From positions 1,797,511 to 1,861,510 of the forward strand of contig OZ243969.1 in assembly GCA_965214675.1 (NCBI GenBank): 64,000 nt of DNA, written 5' to 3'. The notes beneath the pieces were generated by a model. It was not told the DNA's origin. It ran no database searches and was given only the letters and a program-made list of their open reading frames with translations. Origin of the DNA: Gammaproteobacteria bacterium (lineage in GTDB: Bacteria > Pseudomonadota > Gammaproteobacteria > UBA4575). Both the position numbers and the translations under genes were made by a program. Positions 20,943 to 30,776 of the stretch are shown here, piece by piece (position 1 is the first letter of the stretch; each line of letters begins with the position of its first letter).

Positions 20943-22295
20943 ATGCTGAAAACCATGTTTCAAGCAGCTGTAATGGCAGTTCTGTTGGCATCCATCTCTT
21001 TTATTTCCGGAGCCGCAGCCCCAGGTACAGACAGCCAAATTTTGCCTACGCTAGCACCGATGCTGGAGAAGACAACTCCAGCAGTTGTCAACATTTCCAC
21101 TACGGGCAAGGTAGTAGTGCGCGACCCGTTTTTTAATGACCCTTTCTTTCGAAGATTTTTTGACGTACCGCAACAACGACGGGAGCGACGTATCGCCGGC
21201 TTAGGGTCTGGCGTTATATTCGATGCTGATGATGGCTATATAGTGACAAACTCACACGTCATTGATAAGGCCGAGGACATTGTAGTCACTCTTGAGAATG
21301 GGCAACGCTTTAATGCCACGGTAATTGGGAAGGACCCGGGTGCCGACATTGCAGTGATTCAGGTTGAAGCAGACAACCTCACTGAGATTCCTCTGGGGGA
21401 CTCGGATAGCCTGCGACAAGGGGACTTTGTGGTAGCGATAGGTAATCCCTTCGGGCTGGGACAAACGGTGACTTCTGGAATTGTCAGCGCACTCGGCCGC
21501 AGTGGGCTCGGGATAGAGTCGTATGAAGATTTTATTCAGACAGACGCATCCATCAATCCCGGGAATTCGGGCGGGCCGCTGGTTAATTTGCATGGAGAAT
21601 TGATTGGAATCAACACCGCCATCTACGGATCGGGAGGCAATATCGGGATCGGGTTTGCCATTCCTGTCAACATGGCAAGACAGATTACGGCCCAGTTGAT
21701 TGAACATGGCGAAGTCAGGCGAGGTCGACTTGGATTTGTAGTGCAGGATTTGACTCCGGAACTGGCGGAGGCGTTCGGGGTAACCCGTAAAAAGGGTGTG
21801 GTGGTTGCACGTGTGGAAGCAAAGTCTCCTGCGCATAAAGCAGGTGTCAAAGTGGGGGACGTTATTGTAAAGGTGAATAGTCGTGAAGTAGAAAGTTCTG
21901 CCCAAGTGCGAAACGAAATTGGGTTGCTGCGTGTGGGCTCACAGGTCGAGATTGAAGTATTGCGTGATGGCAAGAAACGTCAGCTCAAGGCATCGGTTGG
22001 CAAACAACTGAAACAGACGGTCAGCGGGAAATCACTAAGCAACAAACTGGCAGGAGCCAAGCTTAGTGAGGCTTCAGAAGATCCTTCACGCGGAACTGCT
22101 GCGGGAATTGAGGTGGTTGATGCTGATGGCAGAGCGGCAGCTTCCGGCATTCGGAAAGGCGATATCATCATCAGTGTGAACAAAAAGCGGGTGAAGACGA
22201 TGCGGGATATGCGAGCTGCCATCAAGAAAAACCCCAAAACACTGTTGCTGAATATTCAGCGTGAAACGCGAGGGCTGTTTATCCTCATCCGATAG
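20943..22295 (+). CDS. degQ: DegQ/DegP-family periplasmic serine protease
   Basis: Signal peptide, TNSHV, IGNPFGL, QTDASINPGNSGG, two PDZ domains. Confidence 0.92.
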   Translation: MLKTMFQAAVMAVLLASISFISGAAAPGTDSQILPTLAPMLEKTTPAVVNISTTGKVVVRDPFFNDPFFRRFFDVPQQRRERRIAGLGSGVIFDADDGYIVTNSHVIDKAEDIVVTLENGQRFNATVIGKDPGADIAVIQVEADNLTEIPLGDSDSLRQGDFVVAIGNPFGLGQTVTSGIVSALGRSGLGIESYEDFIQTDASINPGNSGGPLVNLHGELIGINTAIYGSGGNIGIGFAIPVNMARQITAQLIEHGEVRRGRLGFVVQDLTPELAEAFGVTRKKGVVVARVEAKSPAHKAGVKVGDVIVKVNSREVESSAQVRNEIGLLRVGSQVEIEVLRDGKKRQLKASVGKQLKQTVSGKSLSNKLAGAKLSEASEDPSRGTAAGIEVVDADGRAAASGIRKGDIIISVNKKRVKTMRDMRAAIKKNPKTLLLNIQRETRGLFILIR

Positions 22296-22324
22296 TCGCT
22301 TGAACATGCATGTTTTTGGACAGT

Positions 22325-22558
22325 TCATCCCCCAGTGACTGGCGGAAAGAAAGCCACCTCGTCACCGTCTTCGACGATATGTGCAAAATCTGCGTATTCC
22401 TGATTGATAGCCACTAACACCCGCTCAGGCCGCTGCATGCCGCTTGTTGTCTGATGCCAAATTTCTTCTACAGTGGCCCGTCCCGTTATCGAGATTTCAT
22501 CACTCGAACGCCCAATCGTTTCTCGCAGACTCGCAAAATACTTTACATGGACGGACAT
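22325..22558 (-). CDS. moaD: molybdopterin synthase sulfur carrier subunit
   Basis: [28 protein letters not shown]. Confidence 0.95.
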   Translation of the reverse strand: MSVHVKYFASLRETIGRSSDEISITGRATVEEIWHQTTSGMQRPERVLVAINQEYADFAHIVEDGDEVAFFPPVTGG

Positions 22559-22643
22559 TGCTGTACCTCAGTATTTGATCGACAATGTGAAAGGTTTGCA
22601 TCGAATAGTACCATTACTATTTTGGAAATATGGAGTCAATGAC

Positions 22644-23126
22644 GTGACTAGATTTACGCATTTCAATCCTGCAGGAGAAGCGCACATGGTCGATATTGGC
22701 GGAAAGCCGGTTACCCGCCGTGTTGCTGTTGCAGATGGAAGAATATGCATGCATACAGAAACATTGCATAGCATACAAAAGGGCAGTCATAAAAAGGGTG
22801 ACGTGCTGGGTATTGCGCGGATTGCCGGCATAGCAGGTGCAAAAAAAACCTCGGATCTGGTTCCTTTGTGTCATTCGATACCCCTGACATCGGTGCAGGT
22901 CGAGTTTGCGTTCGAAGATACCGTGCCAGCTGTGTATTGCAAGGCTACCGTGGAAACACTCGGCCAGACAGGTGCGGAAATGGAAGCACTGACTGCCGTG
23001 CAGATCGCTTTATTGACAATCTATGATATGTGCAAGGCAAAAGATCGAGGCATGACCATGCAAGCAATTGGCTTGGTACGGAAGTCTGGCGGCAAGTCTG
23101 GTGAGTGGGAGCGTGATGGACAGTAA
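22644..23126 (+). CDS. moaC: cyclic pyranopterin monophosphate synthase
   Basis: [43 protein letters not shown]. Confidence 0.96.
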   Translation: MTRFTHFNPAGEAHMVDIGGKPVTRRVAVADGRICMHTETLHSIQKGSHKKGDVLGIARIAGIAGAKKTSDLVPLCHSIPLTSVQVEFAFEDTVPAVYCKATVETLGQTGAEMEALTAVQIALLTIYDMCKAKDRGMTMQAIGLVRKSGGKSGEWERDGQ

Positions 23127-23198
23127 CTTCAGGGCAGGAAAATCCGGGCTTGTTCATCTGCAGTATATGACGCATTCAAGCAGCCTCACCATGCAGTC

Positions 23199-24239
23199 AT
23201 GAGCCCTGCATTCAGTGAGCAACTACTGGTCTGGTTTGATCGGCATGGCCGTAAAGATCTCCCATGGCAACGCGATCGTGACCCCTACCGAATCTGGATT
23301 TCGGAAATCATGCTGCAGCAGACACGCGTGGATACTGTGATTCCTTACTATGAAAGATTTATACATCGCTTTTCGGACATAGAAAAGCTGGCCGTTGCAG
23401 ACATTGATGAGGTGTTGCACTACTGGACAGGGCTGGGGTATTACGCACGTGCACGTAATATGCATAAAGCTGCGCGAGAACTTTGCAGACGGTCTCAAGG
23501 GAAGTTTCCTGAAGATATAGACGCAATGACTGCTCTGCCTGGTATAGGGCGCTCCACAGCTGCAGCTGTACTGGCACTTAGCTTTGGCCAGCGTCATGCC
23601 ATTTTGGATGGCAATGTAAAGCGTGTATTGACGAGATATTTCGAAGTAGAGGGATGGCCTGGTAAAGCCAAGGTGGAGAAGCAGCTCTGGGCAAGTGCAG
23701 AGTCTCTGCTGCCTGATTATCGCATGGCAGACTACACGCAGGCTTTGATGGATCTCGGGGCAACGCTATGCACGCGGGTACGACCGGCCTGCAGGCAGTG
23801 TCCGGTTCAGGGTAATTGCATCGCGTTCAAAAAATGTCGACAACATGAACTGCCTGCACCCCGACCTACTCGCGATTTACCCCGCCGGAATGTCCATGTA
23901 GCACTGATTCGAAACAAGGAAAATGCGGTGTGGTTGGAGAGGCGACCTTCAACTGGAATTTGGGGCGGGCTCTACAGCTTCCCTGAATTCGAGAAGGAAG
24001 CTGACTTACAGAAGTGGCTGACAGATACGTGTAAAATGGACAACCTGACAGTGAGGATGTTGCCCGTAATTACGCATACTTTCTCACATTTTCGGCTTCA
24101 CATGCACCCGAAGGTGGTGTTGATGGAAAACAACCCCATTGGTGTGATGGAAGATGATGACGGGGTTTGGTATAAAGCCATCGGTGAAAAGATTGGCCTA
24201 GCAGCCCCTGTTCGCAAGGCCTTACAGCAAGTAATTTGA
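23199..24239 (+). CDS. mutY: A/G-specific adenine glycosylase
   Basis: [34 protein letters not shown], 4Fe-4S Cys motif. Confidence 0.97.
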   Translation: MSPAFSEQLLVWFDRHGRKDLPWQRDRDPYRIWISEIMLQQTRVDTVIPYYERFIHRFSDIEKLAVADIDEVLHYWTGLGYYARARNMHKAARELCRRSQGKFPEDIDAMTALPGIGRSTAAAVLALSFGQRHAILDGNVKRVLTRYFEVEGWPGKAKVEKQLWASAESLLPDYRMADYTQALMDLGATLCTRVRPACRQCPVQGNCIAFKKCRQHELPAPRPTRDLPRRNVHVALIRNKENAVWLERRPSTGIWGGLYSFPEFEKEADLQKWLTDTCKMDNLTVRMLPVITHTFSHFRLHMHPKVVLMENNPIGVMEDDDGVWYKAIGEKIGLAAPVRKALQQVI

Positions 24240-24258
24240 TGTACAAGGGAAAACATTC

Positions 24259-24537
24259 ATGGCACGTATGGTTCAATGTGTAAAGCTTCATAAGGAAGCG
24301 GAAGGACTTGAATACATGCCGTATCCGGGAGAACTCGGACAGAAAATTTACGATAATGTTTCCAAAGAGGGGTGGCAACAGTGGGTAGGTCATCAGACCA
24401 TGCTGATGAACGAATACAGATTGACGCCTGTTGACCCCAAAGCACGAAAGTTTCTAGAAGAGGAAATGGAGAAATTCTTTTTTGGCGAAGGGTCGGAAAA
24501 ACCCAAGGAATTTGTGGACCCCGACAGCAGGCAATAG
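24259..24537 (+). CDS. yggX: Fe(II)-trafficking / oxidative damage protection protein
   Basis: [26 protein letters not shown]; follows mutY. Confidence 0.96.
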   Translation: MARMVQCVKLHKEAEGLEYMPYPGELGQKIYDNVSKEGWQQWVGHQTMLMNEYRLTPVDPKARKFLEEEMEKFFFGEGSEKPKEFVDPDSRQ

Positions 24538-24615
24538 TCAACTCGGAGTTCAAGTCGATCCCTTCATAATTGGAAGTCTCCGTTAAATTACAGCCTTAAC
24601 AAGACCTTCAGCTCT

Positions 24616-24691
24616 GGCCAGGTAGCTCAGTCGGTAGAGCAGTGGACTGAAAATCCTCGTGTCGGTGGTTCGATTCCGCCCCTGGCCACCA
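24616..24691 (+). tRNA. tRNA-Phe (GAA)
   Basis: 76 nt GGCCAGG...CCTGGCC-ACCA, D loop AGTCGGTA, anticodon loop CTGAAAA, T loop TTCGATT. Confidence 0.97.
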
Positions 24692-24692
24692 T
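24647..24692 (+). repeat. att direct repeat copy 1 (46 bp, tRNA-Phe 3' half)
   Basis: Identical to 34489-34534. Confidence 0.93.
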
Positions 24693-24933
24693 TAAATCAG
24701 TTAGTTATAAAAATTTTGTTTCTAATAGAGTCGATAGTTTTGATTTTCCACCATTCTTCCACCAACTAAATTTATTATTCGGGTTCAATGGTACATTGAA
24801 CCGCGGACTCACATTATTGATTGTTTATAAACTTTCCCACATGGCTACGGCCAACAAGGATGTAAAATTGCGGGCATGCGCTAACCTAAAAAACTGTGGT
24901 TGGATCTCTAACAAGACAATGTAATATTTCATT

Positions 24934-25338
24934 TTAATAAGCTCCAGATTTCATCACATCTGCCACTGTTGTGTATGTGATAGTCCATGCTTCTCTAGTT
25001 TCAGGTGTGAATTCATCTTTTAAACCCTTTTCTAGGGTCCAAAGTAATGCTTCACCAACTTTGTCATAATCTTCAGCTTTAACGCCATACGAGACATGTT
25101 TGTTACCTAATTCTTTGATTGGATCTAATAAAGGTTCTAAATCATCAAGGCTATTTACTGCAAGTGTGATCATTTGCATGAGTTTTTTCCCTTGTTCTTT
25201 CATATCGCCTTTGAAATAGGGTTTAACTTCTGGGTAAATTTCAAATAAACGGGTGTAGAACATATCAGCAGCCACTTCGCTTATAGGGGTTACTTTTGAC
25301 CAAGAATTTTTAACAAGCTCTTTTTGTTCTGGTGTCAT
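24934..25338 (-). CDS. single-domain globin
   Basis: FYTRLF (B10 Tyr), PYF (CD1), EQGKKL (E7 Gln), LGNKH (F8 His), YDKVGEALLWTL. Confidence 0.92.
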   Translation of the reverse strand: MTPEQKELVKNSWSKVTPISEVAADMFYTRLFEIYPEVKPYFKGDMKEQGKKLMQMITLAVNSLDDLEPLLDPIKELGNKHVSYGVKAEDYDKVGEALLWTLEKGLKDEFTPETREAWTITYTTVADVMKSGAY

Positions 25339-25730
25339 TATTTTTCCTTTTTTATGTTGATATAGTGTTGAGCAAGTTCAGTCATATAGTCTACAGCTGC
25401 TTTTACTTCTTCATCGGTTAATGATTCGTTACCGCCTTTCGCTGGCATCATAGAATCATCTGGACCAAAAAATCCTTCTATAGCATGCGTATAGAGTATT
25501 TCAGTTTCTTGCTCTAAACGTTTTTCCCAATCTCCTGGAATTAATGGGTTTGGGGAATCCGCTATTCCGTATGCATGGCAGTTTTCACATGTATCTAGCC
25601 AAATTGAGCGTCCATGCTCCAAGTGAGTTCCTTCAAACTTGATGTATTCAGTCTTTTCAGCATGCAATACATTGTTTAAAAGTACGCATGCTGTAAATAT
25701 AAGGATTGTTGTTGGTTTAAGCTTAGCCAC
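25338..25730 (-). CDS. cytochrome c5-type monohaem cytochrome
   Basis: Signal peptide, CENCH, HAIEGF...MMPAKGG...LTDEEVKAAVDYM. Confidence 0.9.
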   Translation of the reverse strand: MAKLKPTTILIFTACVLLNNVLHAEKTEYIKFEGTHLEHGRSIWLDTCENCHAYGIADSPNPLIPGDWEKRLEQETEILYTHAIEGFFGPDDSMMPAKGGNESLTDEEVKAAVDYMTELAQHYINIKKEK

Positions 25731-26331
25731 TAACTGGAATACGTATTACTACGCCACCCATTACGTCGCCGACTTTGAAATCATCTTTAGGTGTATCTTT
25801 ATGTCCGTTATGACAGCTTGCGCAAACAGGTGCTACTGCGGTGTCAGCATAAACAGCAGTAAAGTACGTAACTCCACCCAACTCTTCTGTGGTGTAGTAA
25901 TTTTGTCCTTTGTTTTCAGCTACAAACTTTAAACCTTCTTTTTCTGCATTGGTTTCGGGTGCATTTTGCTTATTAATTGGCCATAGCGATTGCAATGAGT
26001 AGCTGAAATTAATGTCTGGATTCTTTTCAGCTTTCTCTGCAACCATTTCCGCACCAAATCGAAACATTTGGGCAGGTAAGACTAATGCTTTATCGTCATC
26101 AAAATGTTCACTGGCTTTAATTACTTTTTCTTTCTTCACTAGCCGGTTCACAATTTTCTTTGTATAAACCGCTCGATCAGAATCCATTACCATATGTAAT
26201 GCATCGGCCATGGTTCTTGGTGTGATGGATGGAATATCACCTGCATCTGATGCCCAGACAATGCTTGCACCTAATGCAGTGACACATACAAAGGATAATA
26301 ATATCCATGACTCCCTTAGTTTACTTTTCAT
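25723..26331 (-). CDS. Tll0287-like (DUF3365-type) periplasmic haem c protein
   Basis: Signal peptide, LPAQMFR, YSLQSLWPINKQNAP, CASCH, FKVGDVMGGVVIRIP. Confidence 0.8.
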   Translation of the reverse strand: MKSKLRESWILLSFVCVTALGASIVWASDAGDIPSITPRTMADALHMVMDSDRAVYTKKIVNRLVKKEKVIKASEHFDDDKALVLPAQMFRFGAEMVAEKAEKNPDINFSYSLQSLWPINKQNAPETNAEKEGLKFVAENKGQNYYTTEELGGVTYFTAVYADTAVAPVCASCHNGHKDTPKDDFKVGDVMGGVVIRIPVSG

Positions 26332-26409
26332 AATTTCCTCTTAGTTTTTAGGTTGGGGGAAGTTAAATTAAAATAGCAATATGTTTTTTCATTTGAGAAT
26401 TTATTTCTT

Positions 26410-27810
26410 TTATTCATTATTCTTTTTATTTAAGTGCTGCTCGTTATCTTTACGCGCAAGATCTGTACTTTCTATATGCACAGTAGGTTGACCATTGAAG
26501 TTGTTGTTTATTAACTTTTGATCAGCTAATGCATTAATCGAAAAGCCCAAGCCATGACAATGCAGGCAGGATGAACGAATCATTTTGCTGTTGGGTGAAA
26601 GGTTTCCGCTTTGGTTATGATCAACCATTACGCGTGTTAACCATTCATTTACATCGTATTCCACTCTTGGCATATGACAGCTGGCGCATGAAACACCTGT
26701 AATAGAGTCATCGTTACTCTTAACTTGTTGTTGCCATAATTCATAATGGGGCGAATCTTTGTAAGCAAGAGTGTGATCATCTGCATGACAATCTAAACAG
26801 CTTTCAACTGCAGCCAAAGTTGTATCGAATCGATGTGCTCCATGGCAACTTACACATGCAAGTTCGTTATGTGCAGCACTTTTATTCATCGGCAGCTGAG
26901 CATCTTTGGGGGTCATGGGAGAAAGCCCGACTGCCAAACGCATTCCATGTTTACCTAATTTAAATCTCTCAACCTCAGTACCATGACAAGTTTGGCAGCT
27001 TTCTATACCTGGGTGGTCATTCCATGCAGAAAGTTCGTTTTGCTCGTTGCGAATTTGATGGCAGCCACTACAATTCACTCCTGCTTTGGAATGTGCGGTT
27101 TCCAACCAGTCACGATGAATGACATTGTCATTGTTAGAGGTTTCAGGTGCATCTACATCGGTTGATTGCAATGTTTGAACAGGATATAAGTCGCGTGGAT
27201 ACCCGAGAATTTCATCCAGTACATTTAAAAATTCGCTTTCAGGTAAATGTGGATTAGGCATGTGCATGGGGGCATCCATATGTTTAACAAGAAAGTCGGT
27301 ATACAAGGCGCGGTTGTTATGAAAGTTATGGCATCCGGAATCTTTACATGTGGTGAACTCCATATCGATGTGTGATGGCCTTTCTTCACCAACATCTTCA
27401 TGACAATGAAAGCAAAAATCTATGGGTTGGGTAAAACCATCTTTTTGTGTGATCTCAGGCTTATGTTCAACATGACAACTTGTACACATGAGTGCATTTA
27501 TTTTTTCTAGTCTATTTGCATTCCTTGGGTCTTTAAATTTTGAGCGAGGGTGTGAATCAAACGGTTTTACGCGTTGATCTCCATGGCAATTGATGCAGGC
27601 TTCTTGTAGCACTTCACCACCTCCAAATGCATTTGTATGGCAACTCTCGCAAGCGTTCTCCAATTGATGGTGACCCGCACTTAAATCCCCAGGCATAAAA
27701 ATAGCTTTGCTTACACCATCTCCTAATAACTGATAAACAAAAATCAGTACCAGTAAAGCACTTGCAATAAACCAAATGGTCCAAATTTTTAAAGTACTTT
27801 TTTTGGTCAT
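26410..27810 (-). CDS. membrane-anchored multihaem cytochrome c (10 CxxCH + 1 CX4CH), C-terminal half HAO-like
   Basis: N-terminal TM; CESCH, CINCH, CTSCH, CFHCH, CKDSGCH, CSGCH, CQTCH, CVSCH, CLDCH, CASCH, CLHCH. Confidence 0.88.
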   Translation of the reverse strand: MTKKSTLKIWTIWFIASALLVLIFVYQLLGDGVSKAIFMPGDLSAGHHQLENACESCHTNAFGGGEVLQEACINCHGDQRVKPFDSHPRSKFKDPRNANRLEKINALMCTSCHVEHKPEITQKDGFTQPIDFCFHCHEDVGEERPSHIDMEFTTCKDSGCHNFHNNRALYTDFLVKHMDAPMHMPNPHLPESEFLNVLDEILGYPRDLYPVQTLQSTDVDAPETSNNDNVIHRDWLETAHSKAGVNCSGCHQIRNEQNELSAWNDHPGIESCQTCHGTEVERFKLGKHGMRLAVGLSPMTPKDAQLPMNKSAAHNELACVSCHGAHRFDTTLAAVESCLDCHADDHTLAYKDSPHYELWQQQVKSNDDSITGVSCASCHMPRVEYDVNEWLTRVMVDHNQSGNLSPNSKMIRSSCLHCHGLGFSINALADQKLINNNFNGQPTVHIESTDLARKDNEQHLNKKNNE

Positions 27811-27822
27811 ATAAATTCACTT

Positions 27823-29841
27823 TTAATACCAGTAGCTTTTTAAAATATGCCAAGCCAGTAAAACTGGTACAGGCCAAAAAAGAAAAATATGCCAAAGTAC
27901 TGATAGCCGTCTCACGCGTGTACTAGATGCATTACTAATACGATGTTCAATACCAATTAAGCCAGTAGAGATAGCGCCAATAAATAACATGCCAGTAAAA
28001 CTGAGCATTAAAAGAAAACTTAACCCGTTTCCTAAGCGGAACCCCGTATGCGCAATCAAACCAAGAATAACAAGCACACCGAGTGCAATATGAAACATGC
28101 GCCAGAACTCAAACTTTCCTAGTTTGTCAAAAGCTCGAATTCGTTTGCGTAATGAAACTAACAGTCCAACCGTGAATAGACCTAAAATTGTAAAACCAGA
28201 AACTTGCTTATTAAATTGTTCTCTCCATAACATATCCCAATGCCATTCGTGTTGAACAGATGTTGCATAAGGAATTGCTGGGGCAAAGAAAAACAATAAT
28301 GTAGCCAGCAAGGCAAAGCTGGAAAATCCAATTAATGTTTTATGCATTGATGTAGGTTCGGATATGCTTTGGTTACCTAATAGGTCTTGCACAAGTGGTT
28401 TGCATGAGCCACATACTGTGCTTGCACCTGTTTTTTTAGAAACTTCTTCAAGTTTGCAAGTGCCTGCTGAGATGGCACTTTCAATGGATCCTTTTGTTAC
28501 CCCCATGCACTGACAGACCAATGCATGAGATGGCCATGCGCTTACACCTTGGCTAACTTCTTCTGACCAAACATTTCCTGTGTTTATAAATCGAATGATT
28601 TGCCAAGGGAAAATATATTCATTTTTACCTATTAGGGTTTGTAGTCGAACGGTTTCTCCCCAATTGCCAAGTCCAATTGCGCCTTTTAGGCGATAGCGGT
28701 GGACTAATATTTTTCTGTAAACGCCTTTTTTGTCATCAAAGTATTTATACGTTTTTCCATAGTGTGATATTTCATTGACCCCTATCGGGCCCATGCTAAA
28801 CACTTGTGTACCTACAATTTTTAAGCGCGATGCAGCGATTGAGCCTGCATAGTTATTTACAACTTTAAAAATATTTGCGGCTGCTACTGATGCTTGTTCT
28901 AATCCAGGTGTAACTAACCCATAAACTTTGTTTTGATGTTCTGCACATTCGCCAATTGCATATATATTTCTATTCGATGTTTGCATTGCATTGTTCACGG
29001 TTATGCCGCGAGAAAATGCAAGTCCAGCATTTTTAGCTAGACTAATATTTGGACGAATTCCTGTTGCAACAATTAGTGTATCGCACGTAAGTTCCTTTCC
29101 GGAACGAAGTCGAATCCCTTTTAATCTTTCGTTAACTAATACTTCAACAACTCCGTCACCAATAATGACGTTAATCCCTAGTGATTCAATTTCATTTTGT
29201 AATAGCTCTGATGCGTCCTCATCTAATTGTTGGCCTAATAAATGATCTGTGTTTTCTACTAGTGTGACTTTGGTGTTGCCCATTTGCATTGCGCGTGCAG
29301 ATTCAATACCTAATAAGCCACCTCCCAAAACTATGGTGTGATGGCTTCTCGCGCGTCTTGCTAATAATGCATTTGCATCTTTTAAATTTCGAAAGGTATA
29401 TACGCCTGTTGCATGAATACCTTTGATATCAGGCAGGTGTGGGTTAGATCCTGTAGCAAGAACTAACTTAAAGTATGGTTGGGTTTTCCCAGTATTGTCG
29501 GTGACTGTTTGCTTATCAGTATCGATAGATTCAATTTTGTAACCAATTTTTTCAGTTACATTGTGTAATGCATTTTTTTCAAGTGGCTGTAGTAATGTTT
29601 CCCAATTAATTTCACCCGCAAGCCAAGAAGATAATTGAACGCGATTATATGTCTCATACTGTTCTTCTCCGTAAATGACGATTGGGGTACTTGATTTGTG
29701 CTCCAACAGCTCGCGAACTACTCGCATGCCGACTGGACCGTTACCAATTATTACAATTGGCAACGGTTCAATCTCAGCATTGTCGCAGTACTGAGGGCCT
29801 ATTATATTTTCAGCTTGTTTATGAAAATTATTTTTTTTCAT
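27823..29841 (-). CDS. NirB/NasB-like FAD/NAD(P)H oxidoreductase + BFD [2Fe-2S] + C-terminal membrane domain
   Basis: IIGNGPVG, LGGGLLGIE, YAIGECAEH, CQC...CGSC; five hydrophobic helices with two Hx13H pairs; no sirohaem domain. Confidence 0.85.
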   Translation of the reverse strand: MKKNNFHKQAENIIGPQYCDNAEIEPLPIVIIGNGPVGMRVVRELLEHKSSTPIVIYGEEQYETYNRVQLSSWLAGEINWETLLQPLEKNALHNVTEKIGYKIESIDTDKQTVTDNTGKTQPYFKLVLATGSNPHLPDIKGIHATGVYTFRNLKDANALLARRARSHHTIVLGGGLLGIESARAMQMGNTKVTLVENTDHLLGQQLDEDASELLQNEIESLGINVIIGDGVVEVLVNERLKGIRLRSGKELTCDTLIVATGIRPNISLAKNAGLAFSRGITVNNAMQTSNRNIYAIGECAEHQNKVYGLVTPGLEQASVAAANIFKVVNNYAGSIAASRLKIVGTQVFSMGPIGVNEISHYGKTYKYFDDKKGVYRKILVHRYRLKGAIGLGNWGETVRLQTLIGKNEYIFPWQIIRFINTGNVWSEEVSQGVSAWPSHALVCQCMGVTKGSIESAISAGTCKLEEVSKKTGASTVCGSCKPLVQDLLGNQSISEPTSMHKTLIGFSSFALLATLLFFFAPAIPYATSVQHEWHWDMLWREQFNKQVSGFTILGLFTVGLLVSLRKRIRAFDKLGKFEFWRMFHIALGVLVILGLIAHTGFRLGNGLSFLLMLSFTGMLFIGAISTGLIGIEHRISNASSTRVRRLSVLWHIFLFWPVPVLLAWHILKSYWY

Positions 29842-29914
29842 GTAAAAAAATTCACACCTACATTTCTGTATAGGTATGACTTTGTTGTCTAAATAATTTG
29901 TTTGAATTTAATAA

Positions 29915-29931
29915 AGCAAGATCGATGCCAA
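29915..29931 (-). promoter_or_regulatory. sigma54 promoter of the oxidoreductase-cytochrome operon
   Basis: Minus strand TTGGCATCGATCTTGCT fits TGGCA-N6-TTGC; NtrC-like site TGAATCAGTTTGGTGCA at 30045-30061. Confidence 0.8.
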
Positions 29932-30189
29932 TTTTTTATTATCAAGATAAATATATGAAATTATTTATGTTAATTCCGCTTTTGCTTTATTAATTAAAAA
30001 ATTTCAAATATTAAAATGATTACGCTCTATTTGAGCACGCTGGATGAATCAGTTTGGTGCAAAAATTGCATCTCTCTTACTGAATGCCGGGTGCATTCTT
30101 TTGTAAAAATCCTGGGTTTGAAAAGCATGCGCGTGAAACTGGGCTTGCAGAACGTACACAAGCTGGCGTATTAGCAAATATTCACTAAA

Positions 30190-30615
30190 GGGCATTCGGG
30201 CGGCTGTAGGTAAAGACCCATAGACACGGAAGTTCTCCTGTCACACCCGTTGGATCTCACCCTGTAGCCACGCATATCGATGCCGATACGCATCGATATA
30301 CCGGACCATTACTTCAGTTTGCAGTCGAGCTCCGCCTGCGCGAAAAAAGCCGAAGCGGTCCCCAGAATTTCATTCGCACGACGCAACTCCCGAACCTCCT
30401 TCTCCAGGGCCTGCAAGCGACTGGATCCGTCCGGTACCACCACTCCTTGTACACCTTCTCGCCCTTGCGCACCTAGTCCGCAACGTCTTCGGACTGCAGC
30501 CCAGCGTCGCAGCTACCGACAGTATCCCTGACCACTCCGATGGATGCTCCTCGCGACCCGTGCTCACCAGGCGCACCACTCTCTCTTTGAACTCCGATAA
30601 ACCCGGTACAGTTCA
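30190..30615 (-). mobile_element. degenerate IS3-family (IS51/IS629-like) fragment
   Basis: Terminal TGAACTGTACCGGGTTTATCGGAG read from 30615; OrfA remnant VRLV...[20 protein letters not shown] and [23 protein letters not shown]; GC-rich relative to the island. Inner end is approximate. Confidence 0.8.
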
Positions 30616-30617
30616 CC

Positions 30618-30720
30618 CGCACTAAAATCGAACACGAGTGCTTATTTTGAGTGCAAATATATTTGCAAGTACCCGAAATCATTAATAAATGAACTAAAAA
30701 AAGTTGGCAAGAAAATTGCT
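30618..30720 (+). promoter_or_regulatory. NtrC-like sites and sigma54 promoter of nrt operon
   Basis: CGCACTAAAATCGAACA (30618-30634), TGCTTATTTTGAGTGCA (30639-30655), TTGGCAAGAAAATTGCT (30704-30720). Confidence 0.8.
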
Positions 30721-30776
30721 ATTAATATTTAACGATTGGAAAAAAATTAAGTTGTGAGCTGTAAGGCTTGGCAAAA

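Noticed and set aside
26410-27810. Calling the multihaem protein NrfA
   Set aside because: No CxxCK motif, and the haem number and spacing differ.
27823-29841. Calling this gene nirB
   Set aside because: It lacks the sirohaem/[4Fe-4S] domain and has a membrane domain instead; no nirD is present.
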